Shown here piece by piece: positions 1 through 8,078 of a stretch of 32,000 nucleotides of DNA. Position numbers and translations under genes: made by a program. The stretch comes from Corynebacterium amycolatum (GTDB taxonomy: Bacteria; Actinomycetota; Actinomycetes; Mycobacteriales; Mycobacteriaceae), in assembly GCF_049243625.1 (NCBI RefSeq), contig NZ_CP046975.1. One strand, given 5' to 3'. The notes beneath the pieces were generated by a model. The model worked only from the letters and a program-made list of their open reading frames with translations, made no database searches and was not told where the DNA came from. Each line of letters begins with the position of its first letter. Positions within the stretch are counted from its first letter, which is position 1.

Positions 1-2972
1 AGGTATAGCGTGAAGGCGACGAGTACGCCGGGCGTCGTAGTTCCCGCAGCAACCTGTTGGGCGCCGACAGCCAACACCGCAGCTGTTGCCAACTCAGAGA
101 CGAAGTTGATGCCGGGGAAGAATAAGGCCACGGCCAGCTGTGCTCGCTGACGAATTGCGCGATACTTATCGGATTCCTCGGCAAAGGAAGATTCGATATC
201 GGCGACGCGGTGGTACATCTGAATCTCGCGAAGCCCACCAATGGTCTCCTGGAAATCAGCGTTGACCAAGGAAAGTTGCTCGCGTGCAGCCTTGTATAGG
301 CGCGAGGAGATTCGGCGGAATACCAGGGTGGCCGCCACAATGATGGGAAGCGTCGCCAACGCCACCGCGGCGAGTGACACCTGTGTGGCAAGCAACAGCA
401 CTGAGACACCGAGCAGAGTGAACGTGGCAATCGCGCCCTCTGCCAATCCCGTTTGTAGGAACGACGACAGCGCGTCGATGTCGGTTGTCATCCTCGTCAT
501 GATGGCACCCGAGCGATTGGCCTCGAAGTAGTTAATGCCAAGCGACTGCAGGTGACGGTAGCAGCGCACACGCAGGGCATAGAGCAGCCGCTCACCAGTA
601 CGCGCAGTAATAACAGCATTTGTGGCTACGGCAATCCAGCTGATGAGGACTGTCGCCAAACCGCCTGCGGCGCAGGCCCACAACACGGCTTCATTGTGCT
701 CACGGATGCCGTGGTCAATGGCGTAGCGCACGAGCATGGGGAACGCGAGATCGGCAACGGCAATGAGGGCGAGCAGCGCAATGACGCTTATAAATAGGCC
801 GCGGACGTAGGAGAGCAGCCGGCGCAGAGAAAAAGGCTCGGAGTTGTCGAGTGCTCGAGCTGGTACACGCGGTTTTTCGCTAGCGGGTGGGAGGTTTCGC
901 ACACGCTCGAGAAGCTCTGGCGTCGCAGGAGCATTGGCGAGAGCCGCCCCCATGCCGCCACGCCCGCCGCCGCGGCCACCGGGACCACCAGGGCCACCGG
1001 GTCCACCTGGACCGCCTCCGGCTCGGCCAGCCCCGCGGGCCATTTGAGAAGTGGCGCCTCCGGGAAGCCGCGCAGAGGTGTCTGACGTGGAGTCGTCGGA
1101 GGTTGGTGCGGATTCGTCGGGCCAGAGTTCCTCGGGGCTGGGGTCCTCACTGTCGATGGGGTCGAGAACGAGGTTTTCGATTTCGGGGTAGGCACTCTGG
1201 TCGATGTCCATCAGCTCGGTGAAGCGCGGATGAGAAGTAATCAGTTCGGCCTTGGTTCCAATGCCGGTGAGGGCACCGTCTTCGAAAATGGCGATGTGGT
1301 CCGCCTGCTCGAGAGTGGAAGATCGATGCGCCACGATGACGATAGTCGTATCCGCCAGCTGTGAGGTCAGCGCGTTGAAGATTTCCAACTCAGTTGCAGC
1401 ATCGATTGCTGAGGTTGCGTCATCGAGAACCAAAACTCGAGGAAGGGCGAGGAATGCCCGTGCTAATGCCACGCGTTGAGCTTGTCCGCCGGAGAGATTA
1501 TGCCCGCGCTCGCCGATGGCTGTGTCCCACCCCTGAGGCAGGTCGTCGACGAAGTTGACCTGGGCGGCGGTCGCTGCGGCGATAATCTCTTCCTGGGACG
1601 CCGCGGGATTGGCGAATGCAATGTTCTCACGCAACGTGCCCGCAAATAAATAAGGAGTGTCCGGAACGACAGTAATAGCGTCATATACGTCGCTGGAGAG
1701 AGTGCGCGCGGTATCTGTGGATGTGCCGTGGCTGGGCGCATCGATAGTGATAGTTCCCGAATCCGGCAGATAGTGACGGCCGAGTAACTCCGTGGCGATA
1801 GTCTTTCCGGACCCCGGTGGGCCAATCAACGCTAAGGTCGCCCCTGGCGCGACGGAGAATGAGACATCGTCGATAAGCGTGCGTCCGCCACGGCTGTGGG
1901 TGACGTGGTTGAAGCTGATGCCAACGGGGCCGTCGGGGAGAGGAAGCGCGTCGGTGGGTTCGGGGTTGTCTGGTCGGGCGTCGATGACATCGGAAATGCG
2001 GTCGATGCTTGCCGACGTCAGCTGTATCGAGATGACCATGTTGGAGACCAGACGCGACAGGGCAGTCAGGCTGGTGAGATACGTGGCAAAAGCTACGAAC
2101 GTGCCTAGGGTGATGTGTCCGTGAATCGCTAGCCAGCCACCGACCGCGATATTTCCGACGAGGGACAGTTGCGGCAACGACTGCAGCGCCGGTTGGAATC
2201 GAGCGCTGAGTTTTGCCGCTCGCAGGCGGAGGGAATAGAGCAGAGACGAGTTACGCTCCATCTTCACAACTTCGTTGTCACCCTGCGCAAACGCCTTGAC
2301 AACACGGATGCCGGAAACGGTTTCCTCGACTTGTCCGGCAATCTCGCCTGCTTGCTGTTGGGCAGCCCAGGTTGCGGCATGGAGTTTGTCACGCGAATTC
2401 ACTGCAATGTAGACAATCGCTGGCACCACGGCGAGGCCGACCAGTGTCAGGGGCAGCGAGAGGGCGAGCATGATGCCGATAGTGATGAATAGCTTGACGA
2501 CGGACCCCAGCGTCAACGGCAGCATCGCCAGTAGTCCGGACACAGCCTGGAGGTCGGAAATTGACCGTGACACAACCTGGCCGGTGTTGACTCGGTCTTG
2601 TGCTGGACCATCGAGGTTTTGTAGGGAGCGAAGGATTTTTAGTCGCAGGTCGTGCTGAACATCAATGGAGAGTTTGCCGGAGAAGAATCTGCGCCCCACC
2701 TGGGCGATGAAGCGTACTAACGCGATGGCCAGAAATACGGAAATGACTGCCTGCAGGGGAGTTAGGGACGGCAGCAGGCGCGCGGGGACACCGCCATCGG
2801 ACGAGCCCGTTGCTACATCAATGGCATCTCTAGTGAGAAGCGGAAGTACGGACTCCACCCCGACAACGATTAGCGCTGCAACAACGACACCATAGAGCGG
2901 TAGTGGCCTGTGAAGAGACTGTTTCCACAAGAACTTCATAGGAGAGGTTCTGCGGGGTTTGCTCTGGGCCAT
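1..2972 (-). CDS. Fused ABC exporter (TMD-NBD, Gly/Pro linker, second TMD); 3' end lies beyond the window start
   Basis: The ORF has no stop codon inside the window, so it is missing from the ORF track. My minus-strand translation from ATG (rc of 2970-2972) reads MAQSKPRRTSPMKFLWKQ... followed by an exporter TMD. It then shows Walker A LIGPPGSGKT (rc ~1791-1832), signature LSGGQAQR (rc ~1480-1500), Walker B VLVLDDATS and IVIVAHRSSTLEQAD. It continues in frame through an acidic segment and GGGPGGPGGPGGPGGRGGGRGG into a second TMD (FSLRRLLSYVRGLFISVIALLAL...) that runs off position 1. Confidence 0.85.
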   Translation of the reverse strand, partial: MAQSKPRRTSPMKFLWKQSLHRPLPLYGVVVAALIVVGVESVLPLLTRDAIDVATGSSDGGVPARLLPSLTPLQAVISVFLAIALVRFIAQVGRRFFSGKLSIDVQHDLRLKILRSLQNLDGPAQDRVNTGQVVSRSISDLQAVSGLLAMLPLTLGSVVKLFITIGIMLALSLPLTLVGLAVVPAIVYIAVNSRDKLHAATWAAQQQAGEIAGQVEETVSGIRVVKAFAQGDNEVVKMERNSSLLYSLRLRAAKLSARFQPALQSLPQLSLVGNIAVGGWLAIHGHITLGTFVAFATYLTSLTALSRLVSNMVISIQLTSASIDRISDVIDARPDNPEPTDALPLPDGPVGISFNHVTHSRGGRTLIDDVSFSVAPGATLALIGPPGSGKTIATELLGRHYLPDSGTITIDAPSHGTSTDTARTLSSDVYDAITVVPDTPYLFAGTLRENIAFANPAASQEEIIAAATAAQVNFVDDLPQGWDTAIGERGHNLSGGQAQRVALARAFLALPRVLVLDDATSAIDAATELEIFNALTSQLADTTIVIVAHRSSTLEQADHIAIFEDGALTGIGTKAELITSHPRFTELMDIDQSAYPEIENLVLDPIDSEDPSPEELWPDESAPTSDDSTSDTSARLPGGATSQMARGAGRAGGGPGGPGGPGGPGGRGGGRGGMGAALANAPATPELLERVRNLPPASEKPRVPARALDNSEPFSLRRLLSYVRGLFISVIALLALIAVADLAFPMLVRYAIDHGIREHNEAVLWACAAGGLATVLISWIAVATNAVITARTGERLLYALRVRCYRHLQSLGINYFEANRSGAIMTRMTTDIDALSSFLQTGLAEGAIATFTLLGVSVLLLATQVSLAAVALATLPIIVAATLVFRRISSRLYKAAREQLSLVNADFQETIGGLREIQMYHRVADIESSFAEESDKYRAIRQRAQLAVALFFPGINFVSELATAAVLAVGAQQVAAGTTTPGVLVAFTLY
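955..1026 (-). repeat. GGN-CCN hexanucleotide-like coding repeat encoding the (GGP)n / RGG linker of the fused ABC exporter
   Basis: The plus strand reads ccgccacgcccgccgccgcggccaccgggaccaccagggccaccgggtccacctggaccgcctccggc. Its mirror-frame artefact is the poly-Pro ORF at 844..1047. Confidence 0.7.
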
Positions 2973-3030
2973 GGTGGGTACCGCTCTTCCATTGAAAAAC
3001 GTCGCTGAAGGGTAATCGGAGTAAGAGGAA

Positions 3031-3897
3031 CTACTTATTCTTCTTTTTCTTCGGCCACTTCAGCGCCGAGGGAATCGAGAACCTCGATGACTTTGAGTCC
3101 TTCTTCGAGTCTTCAGAGGTGTTGGATTTAGCCGGTAGCTTTCGTTCAAAGTCCGACCAATCCTGGGGAAGTGGGCCCAGAGATGCGCGAGTGGAGCTGA
3201 TAAGAATGCCACCGAGCTTGCGGTTTGCGGAGGCCCCAACCACGGCGCCAATTCCAAATGGCAAAATCTTACCGATGATGGCCAGACGAGCGTTCTTCAT
3301 CAAGCGCTTGCGTGCCTCGCGAATTAGCAGACGGTTTGCTGCACCCAGCTGCGGAACGCCAAGCCGTGGCAGTAGGGAATTCACGGAAGTTTTGGTCTGC
3401 TTCCGCAGCGATTCCTCGCCAAGCAGGGAGGCCATAATAGCTGTCCCTTCAGAACCGCTCATGGCCGCAAGAATCAGCGTGCGACGGCGTTGTGGATCGG
3501 TGATGTCAATATTGCGCAGGGTTGCTGAGGCCAGTGTGTACCAGGCGGATGCTTCCAGGAACAGCAGCGATTCACCGGTAACTGCAGCCAAGCCCGTAAT
3601 CATGCCGACGCCGGGAAGAACCGCGCTGCCCCCAGCTGCACCACCGGTGCCGGTGACCAGGTTCAGGTAGTGGGAATCAATACGTTCCTGTACCTGCGCC
3701 GGAGTTTCATCTTTTTTGCGCTTGTGCAGGGAACTGACGTACCCGGTGATGGCAGATGACTGCCAGCTCATGGTCTTATCCAGGGTTTGGATAAGAAGGG
3801 TTCCCAGTTTTCCGGCATCACGTTCAATCGCTTCGGGGGTTGAGTTCACTGCATCAGTTACTGTGCGAGTTGAATCCTTCTTCGTCTTTTGGAACAA
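3031..3897 (-). CDS. EcsC-like family protein (uncertain family call)
   Basis: This is the listed ORF 3031..4149, trimmed to a TTG at 3897 that sits 9 nt after a perfect AGGAGG (rc of ~3907-3912). An alternative ATG is at 3942. The glycine-rich core LVTGTGGAAGGSAVLPGVGMITGLAAVTGESLLFLEAS and the distal LPFGIGAVVGASANRKLG resemble B. subtilis EcsC from memory. It lies 58 nt upstream of the ABC exporter on the same strand. Confidence 0.55.
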   Translation of the reverse strand: MFQKTKKDSTRTVTDAVNSTPEAIERDAGKLGTLLIQTLDKTMSWQSSAITGYVSSLHKRKKDETPAQVQERIDSHYLNLVTGTGGAAGGSAVLPGVGMITGLAAVTGESLLFLEASAWYTLASATLRNIDITDPQRRRTLILAAMSGSEGTAIMASLLGEESLRKQTKTSVNSLLPRLGVPQLGAANRLLIREARKRLMKNARLAIIGKILPFGIGAVVGASANRKLGGILISSTRASLGPLPQDWSDFERKLPAKSNTSEDSKKDSKSSRFSIPSALKWPKKKKNK

Positions 3898-4035
3898 AGT
3901 AGTAGACCTCCTAAACGGGTCCGTTGAGAGCCATATGCCCATATAAACACTACTGAGCTGTGGGGAAATTCCGTAGTCGGTGGAAAAATAGACAGGTGTA
4001 CGGCGATTAAAACAGTTGATAGAAGGACGAGACTG

Positions 4036-4848
4036 GTGAACGATGTCATGCGGGGTGCCGCATTGCCTCCCGAGTACTCCCAGCTTTTGGCGGACTTTCC
4101 TCGGTTTTCCGCAGATGTCATTCCTCACGACGGTGCTGCGGATTGGCACCTTTCAACCGAAGCTGTAGCTGCCGGAATTGAGGCCGGGAGAAAGCTGTTT
4201 CCCATGCCTGAGGTTGCGGGCGATACCCGTTTCCAAGCGCAGTTGTGGTGGTGGTCCATGTGCGGAGCATTGGTGGGGCCATCGCTGGCATGCGTGTTGG
4301 TTTCCGATCGAGTTCCAGTGTGGCAGTGGTCTTCTTGGTTCACATTTCTCCGAGATGACTATTGGGTTGGGTTCCAAGCTCAACAGTTTGAAAGCATTTC
4401 TGCTGAGGATGCGGATGAGCTGAAGGATTCCGGCGAAGCACTGGCCCATTTCTTGGAGCCGTTGGCTCAGGTTGTTGGAGAAGTCGGGGAAATCAAGCCT
4501 GCTCCTCTTTGGGCCGTGGCTGCCGATGCCGTAGCTAATGCCGCAATATCCGCCGGTAATGAGCTGATGGAGCCCTGGCGCGGAGCGCTTATTGGCAAAC
4601 ATGTCGTTGAGGGAATACAGCGAGTACATCGGGTTCCTCTTCCTCGTTTCATGGATTCCTGTGGAGGCGAGGTGCGCCCCTGGGACGAAGCCGCCGCGGA
4701 ATCGGGAGAAGAACCGGACTTCGATGTAGTTACTCACCTGGAGAGAGCTACTTGCTGCATGATTTATCACAGCCCAGACGCCGATCTGTGTGTCTCGTGT
4801 CCGAAACGTTCGCGTGAGGAACGCCATCAACTCTGGGCACGCTACTGA
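4036..4848 (+). CDS. FhuF-like (2Fe-2S)-binding protein / putative siderophore-iron reductase
   Basis: 270-aa ORF with a GTG start and GAAGGA upstream. The C-terminal motif CCMIYHSPDADLCVSCP (C-C-x10-C-x2-C) is typical of the FhuF C-terminal 2Fe-2S domain. Confidence 0.75.
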   Translation: MNDVMRGAALPPEYSQLLADFPRFSADVIPHDGAADWHLSTEAVAAGIEAGRKLFPMPEVAGDTRFQAQLWWWSMCGALVGPSLACVLVSDRVPVWQWSSWFTFLRDDYWVGFQAQQFESISAEDADELKDSGEALAHFLEPLAQVVGEVGEIKPAPLWAVAADAVANAAISAGNELMEPWRGALIGKHVVEGIQRVHRVPLPRFMDSCGGEVRPWDEAAAESGEEPDFDVVTHLERATCCMIYHSPDADLCVSCPKRSREERHQLWARY

Positions 4849-5046
4849 GCGCTCTGTTTTCGAGAATCGACAGCTGGCGGCCTGTCCCTCAACCGGCCGC
4901 GTTGGCGGCTTTGATGTAGCACGCGCACTGCCGGCGTGATCTTTCGCAGCAATTGCCGGGGGCATGAGCCACCCCATGATTGCGCGTTTGTCGCTACGAT
5001 TGGCTGCGGGTAGAGGCCAATTATCTTTCAAGGGAGGATTCCACCC

Positions 5047-5880
5047 ATGAGCTTTTTCGAGCAGATTGCTGCGGCACTGGACCGCGAGGGCATTGAAAGT
5101 CGTGTCAACGATGACACCCTCTTCGTTCCCATTACCTCTGACCTGGAGGTTCAGTTCGTCACCATTGATGAGGACATCCCGGCTGCCGAAGTTTACGTAG
5201 CCGCTGCCGATGTGGATGATGAGGACGACGAGTTCGAAGCTGTTCTGGTCTCCGCTGTATTCTCCGTCGAAGACGCCGTCGCAGCAGTCGCTCACCATGT
5301 AGCTACTGACCAGGTTGTTGGCCTGCTTCGCACTCTGCTCGATGGCGACGATGACCGCATTGCTGACCTGGAGTTTGAACAGGACCCCGAAGAGGCAACT
5401 CTGGTTACCTCCGAAGTTGGTACCTCCTCGTTGGTACAGGTTTTGGTAACTGCCCACAACAACGAGCCCAGCGCACACGTCCGCTTCATCTCCCAGGACG
5501 CAAACTTGGACGACATCGTCGATCAGGCCATCGCGGAGTTCTGGGACTCGGACACCGAAACGGTTCTCACCGATGATGACCGTCGCAAGATGTTTGCTGA
5601 CCTCTACTCTGACATCCAGACCTTGCGCAATGAGGTTCTGACACTGGGCACCTTCAAGGACTTTGACAAGCTGATGGATGTCCTTGCGCTCGTGGTAGAC
5701 CGCGCAGAGGAATGGGAAGATCAGCTGGCACCCGTCGATGACGGGTATGCAGAGTACATCTACTCTGATCACGTTGCCTCCTTGGACGAGGATGATGACG
5801 ACGACGAGGACGATGATGACCTCTACGACGATGGCGACTATGACGACGAGGACGACGAAGAAGGCGACGACAGCGAGTAG
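5047..5880 (+). CDS. Hyper-acidic hypothetical protein with a poly-D/E C-terminal tail
   Basis: 277-aa ORF with RBS AAGGGAGGA just upstream of the ATG. Coding-like codon usage. The tail reads LDEDDDDDEDDDDLYDDGDYDDEDDEEGDDSE. I recognise no domain. Confidence 0.75.
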   Translation: MSFFEQIAAALDREGIESRVNDDTLFVPITSDLEVQFVTIDEDIPAAEVYVAAADVDDEDDEFEAVLVSAVFSVEDAVAAVAHHVATDQVVGLLRTLLDGDDDRIADLEFEQDPEEATLVTSEVGTSSLVQVLVTAHNNEPSAHVRFISQDANLDDIVDQAIAEFWDSDTETVLTDDDRRKMFADLYSDIQTLRNEVLTLGTFKDFDKLMDVLALVVDRAEEWEDQLAPVDDGYAEYIYSDHVASLDEDDDDDEDDDDLYDDGDYDDEDDEEGDDSE

Positions 5881-5908
5881 CTATACTGCGGCAGCGCTGT
5901 GACTAGTG

Positions 5909-6463
5909 CTAAGCCGCTGATGGGCGAGAAGAAAAGAGCTCGCTAGGACACGGCAGTGGCCGCGCGTCCCTGGTGCCAATCCAACTATAACGGCGCCCGG
6001 GGAGTGCGAGGTCAGTGCCGTTTTCGTGTATCTTGCTGCAGTCCTGCGCACGATGGAGAGCCTCGGCTACAGCCCGAGTGCGTCGGCGGTTTTCTTCCCG
6101 TGTCCGATTCGAACCGCCAATTCCGCGGAGGACTACCTCCGATGAGGATTCCACCTTGACGGAAACGGAGTACATGAACATGGGCTCATCCTTCAGGATG
6201 AAGTATTCCGCGTGCACGTCGGCAAGCTGAGAGACCAGTGCGCGAGGAAGCGCTATCCGTGACGCTCGGACGGTGACCACAGGCCCGTCGGGAAGCGAGA
6301 AGGTGTGATCCAGCGCGCCGGGCCAATGCCTACGGCCGATGGTGGGGTGGCAGAGGATTGTGCGGATGAGGGCGAGGTCTTCGAAACATTCTGCACGGTA
6401 GGTAGCGGATAGCGGGGGAAGGGCTAGGCGACGGTGAATGGGAAACTCGTTTGTTGTACTCAT
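5909..6463 (-). CDS. Hypothetical protein, candidate SOS-regulated
   Basis: 184-aa ORF with an ATG start. It is convergent with the acidic-protein gene. A LexA-type box lies in its upstream region. I recognise no family. Confidence 0.6.
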   Translation of the reverse strand: MSTTNEFPIHRRLALPPLSATYRAECFEDLALIRTILCHPTIGRRHWPGALDHTFSLPDGPVVTVRASRIALPRALVSQLADVHAEYFILKDEPMFMYSVSVKVESSSEVVLRGIGGSNRTREENRRRTRAVAEALHRAQDCSKIHENGTDLALPGRRYSWIGTRDARPLPCPSELFSSRPSAA

Positions 6464-6508
6464 GGCTCACAAATTATCGAACACCCCGGACTCATTTTTT
6501 CGAACGCC

Positions 6509-6524
6509 TAGAACTCGTGTTCGA
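6509..6524. promoter_or_regulatory. Candidate LexA SOS box (TAGAAC-TCGT-GTTCGA), with extra TCGAAC half-sites at 6477-6482 and 6500-6505
   Basis: The palindrome GAAC-N4-GTTC has flanks close to the actinobacterial consensus TCGAAC-N4-GTTCGA. It lies 46-61 nt upstream of the start of the minus-strand gene 5909..6463. Confidence 0.5.
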
Positions 6525-6740
6525 AATAAGATTAGTATCAGTGGGCCACCCAAGTGGGGGTAGTCAATTGGCTAGGTGTTTGGTGTTATTGCAGGGACGC
6601 GTGGGGTTGTGGAAACGATTCGATAACGACTTTTGTAAAAGCCCAAGAGTCTGAGAAAACACTATTTCCGGGGGTGGGGTGGTGGATTAGTGTGAGTAGT
6701 GGCCCTAAAGAAAAACTAAAAATCTGAAAGATTCGTCTCA

Positions 6741-7823
6741 ATGAAGCACGCAAGAAGTCGACTGGCGGTAGCGGCTTTCGCAGCACTTTTGTCCTTGGTG
6801 GCCCCGGTCGCTGCACATGCTGTCGTGGTTGGTCCGGGTGACCCGATTCGAACTCCCATGGAGGGAAGTCCGTGGGATGGGTATCGAAATATCAACTCGC
6901 CGATGTGTTCGGCGGGTGTTCCGGGGACGGTGACGGACCGCAACGGCGAGAAGCATCGGGTCATGTTGACCGCAGGGCACTGCCTGAATGATGCTCCGGA
7001 TGTGGGTCTGCCAATCGTCACTGGTGAGGTGTATGTGCCAACCACTGAAGGTGATAAGCGCATTGGTACCGCAGGTGCCCATCGTTGGGAATTGCCGCAG
7101 GAAGATGCCGGACTGGAGTCGTTGCCGGCAGGCTTTAATGGCGCGGACTACGGAATAATCAACCTGGATCCGGACGTAGAGACTACCGGCGCAAGTTACT
7201 CCATTGATGAAAATGGTCAGAGCTACGGGGAGCCGGTAGTGATGACTGGCATTCAGGACAATGAAGACCTGCCGCGTGGCGAAGTCTCCTTCGATAATCT
7301 TGGCAAGCCTATCTGCAAGGACGGTATGCGCACCGGACGGGCCTGTGGATACCAGGTATTCCGAGCTCGAAACGGCATCTGGACGGTTGGTATTGGCGTT
7401 GATCACGGTGACTCTGGCGGAAATGCCTACGACCCGACCACAAATGAAGTTATTGGCGTGAATTCGATGACCTTCGGTCCGGTCTCGCGTGTGATGCCCG
7501 CAGATATTGCCATTCAGGAGGCCTACGGTATTCCCGACGGTCAAGTAAACGACCACTTCGAGGTATCGGATTCCACGGCTCAGCGCGACTCCACCTATCG
7601 CACCCTCAACGAGGATATGGCGGCGGATCAGGAGTATGTCCGGGCGCAGGATTCACAGGATTCACAGGAAGGTTCTGTACCGCAGCTAGTCGATCTCGTG
7701 GACCAGCTGCCGCAGTTGCCGAAACTCCCTGAGCTGCCACAATCGCCCCAATTGCCACAATCGTCACACCTGTCTGGGTCGCCTCAGTTGGCAGAAATTC
7801 AGCTTCCAAGCTTTGAGAGCTAG
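6741..7823 (+). CDS. Secreted S1 (streptogrisin/alpha-lytic-like) serine protease with a Pro/Gln-rich C-terminal tail
   Basis: Signal peptide MKHARSRLAVAAFAALLSLVAPVAAHA. Catalytic triad context is LTAGHC, ADYGII and HGDSGG. ICKDGMRTGRACGYQV is a streptogrisin-like disulfide loop. The tail reads LPQLPKLPELPQSPQLPQS. Confidence 0.85.
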   Translation: MKHARSRLAVAAFAALLSLVAPVAAHAVVVGPGDPIRTPMEGSPWDGYRNINSPMCSAGVPGTVTDRNGEKHRVMLTAGHCLNDAPDVGLPIVTGEVYVPTTEGDKRIGTAGAHRWELPQEDAGLESLPAGFNGADYGIINLDPDVETTGASYSIDENGQSYGEPVVMTGIQDNEDLPRGEVSFDNLGKPICKDGMRTGRACGYQVFRARNGIWTVGIGVDHGDSGGNAYDPTTNEVIGVNSMTFGPVSRVMPADIAIQEAYGIPDGQVNDHFEVSDSTAQRDSTYRTLNEDMAADQEYVRAQDSQDSQEGSVPQLVDLVDQLPQLPKLPELPQSPQLPQSSHLSGSPQLAEIQLPSFES

Positions 7824-7867
7824 CACCAGTCTGAGAATCTGACAAAAATCACCCCCGAACCGTTAAG

Positions 7868-7904
7868 AGAGCCAGAATCATCCAAGGCGGATGGTTCTGG
7901 CTCT
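7868..7904 (+). terminator. Stem-loop after protease 1 (agagccagaa ... ttctggctct)
   Basis: A 10-bp perfect stem that extends through catcc/ggatg, followed by a weak T-containing tail (ttgcatt). Confidence 0.5.
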
Positions 7905-8078
7905 TGCATTGCTGTTGAGCAAACTTTTTGATGTCTAATGAGTCTGAAATGAAGACGAATGAACGGTTCCTCGACTGAGAATTTCACCCTAGGTTTCATT
8001 TTTGGAGAGCTTTGTAAAGGTGTCCCTAATACACTGAGTGGGACAAGTTTTCTGTACAGAAATGGAGTAGCGCACACT

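Noticed and set aside
844-1047. Poly-proline ORF (…PPRPPPRPPGPPGPPGPPGPP…) and other short plus-strand ORFs across 241-2895
   Set aside because: These are mirror-frame artefacts of the minus-strand ABC exporter. The poly-Pro run is the complement of the GGP linker codons.
3931-3946. Small inverted repeat ATATG-cc-CATAT in the EcsC-like/FhuF-like divergent region
   Set aside because: It has only 5-bp arms in an AT-rich promoter region. This is too short to tell apart from chance or from -10-like sequence.
3898-4149. N-terminal 84-codon extension of the EcsC-like ORF (start at 4149)
   Set aside because: The extension would overlap the divergent FhuF-like gene start. It also contains the AGGAGG that serves the internal TTG at 3897. 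Similar over-long starts were trimmed for 7959 (protease 2), 15693 (deaD), 25837 (SbcD-like) and 21012 (putP).
4153-5772. 539-aa minus-strand ORF spanning two plus-strand genes
   Set aside because: It is antisense to the FhuF-like and acidic-protein genes. Its composition is odd (many C, Q, N, V runs), and it has no motifs or RBS. This is the typical long shadow ORF of GC-rich DNA.
6095-6115. tRNA-like GATTCGAAC strings (here and at ~6845)
   Set aside because: Both lie inside well-supported coding regions, and no cloverleaf arms can be built around them. I could identify no tRNA, rRNA or CRISPR array anywhere in the window.
6668-6690. G-rich run ccgggggtggggtggtgg as a potential G-quadruplex upstream of protease 1
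   Set aside because: Only two G-runs have 3 or more bases and the other two are GG. This is at best a weak two-tetrad structure, common by chance in GC-rich DNA.
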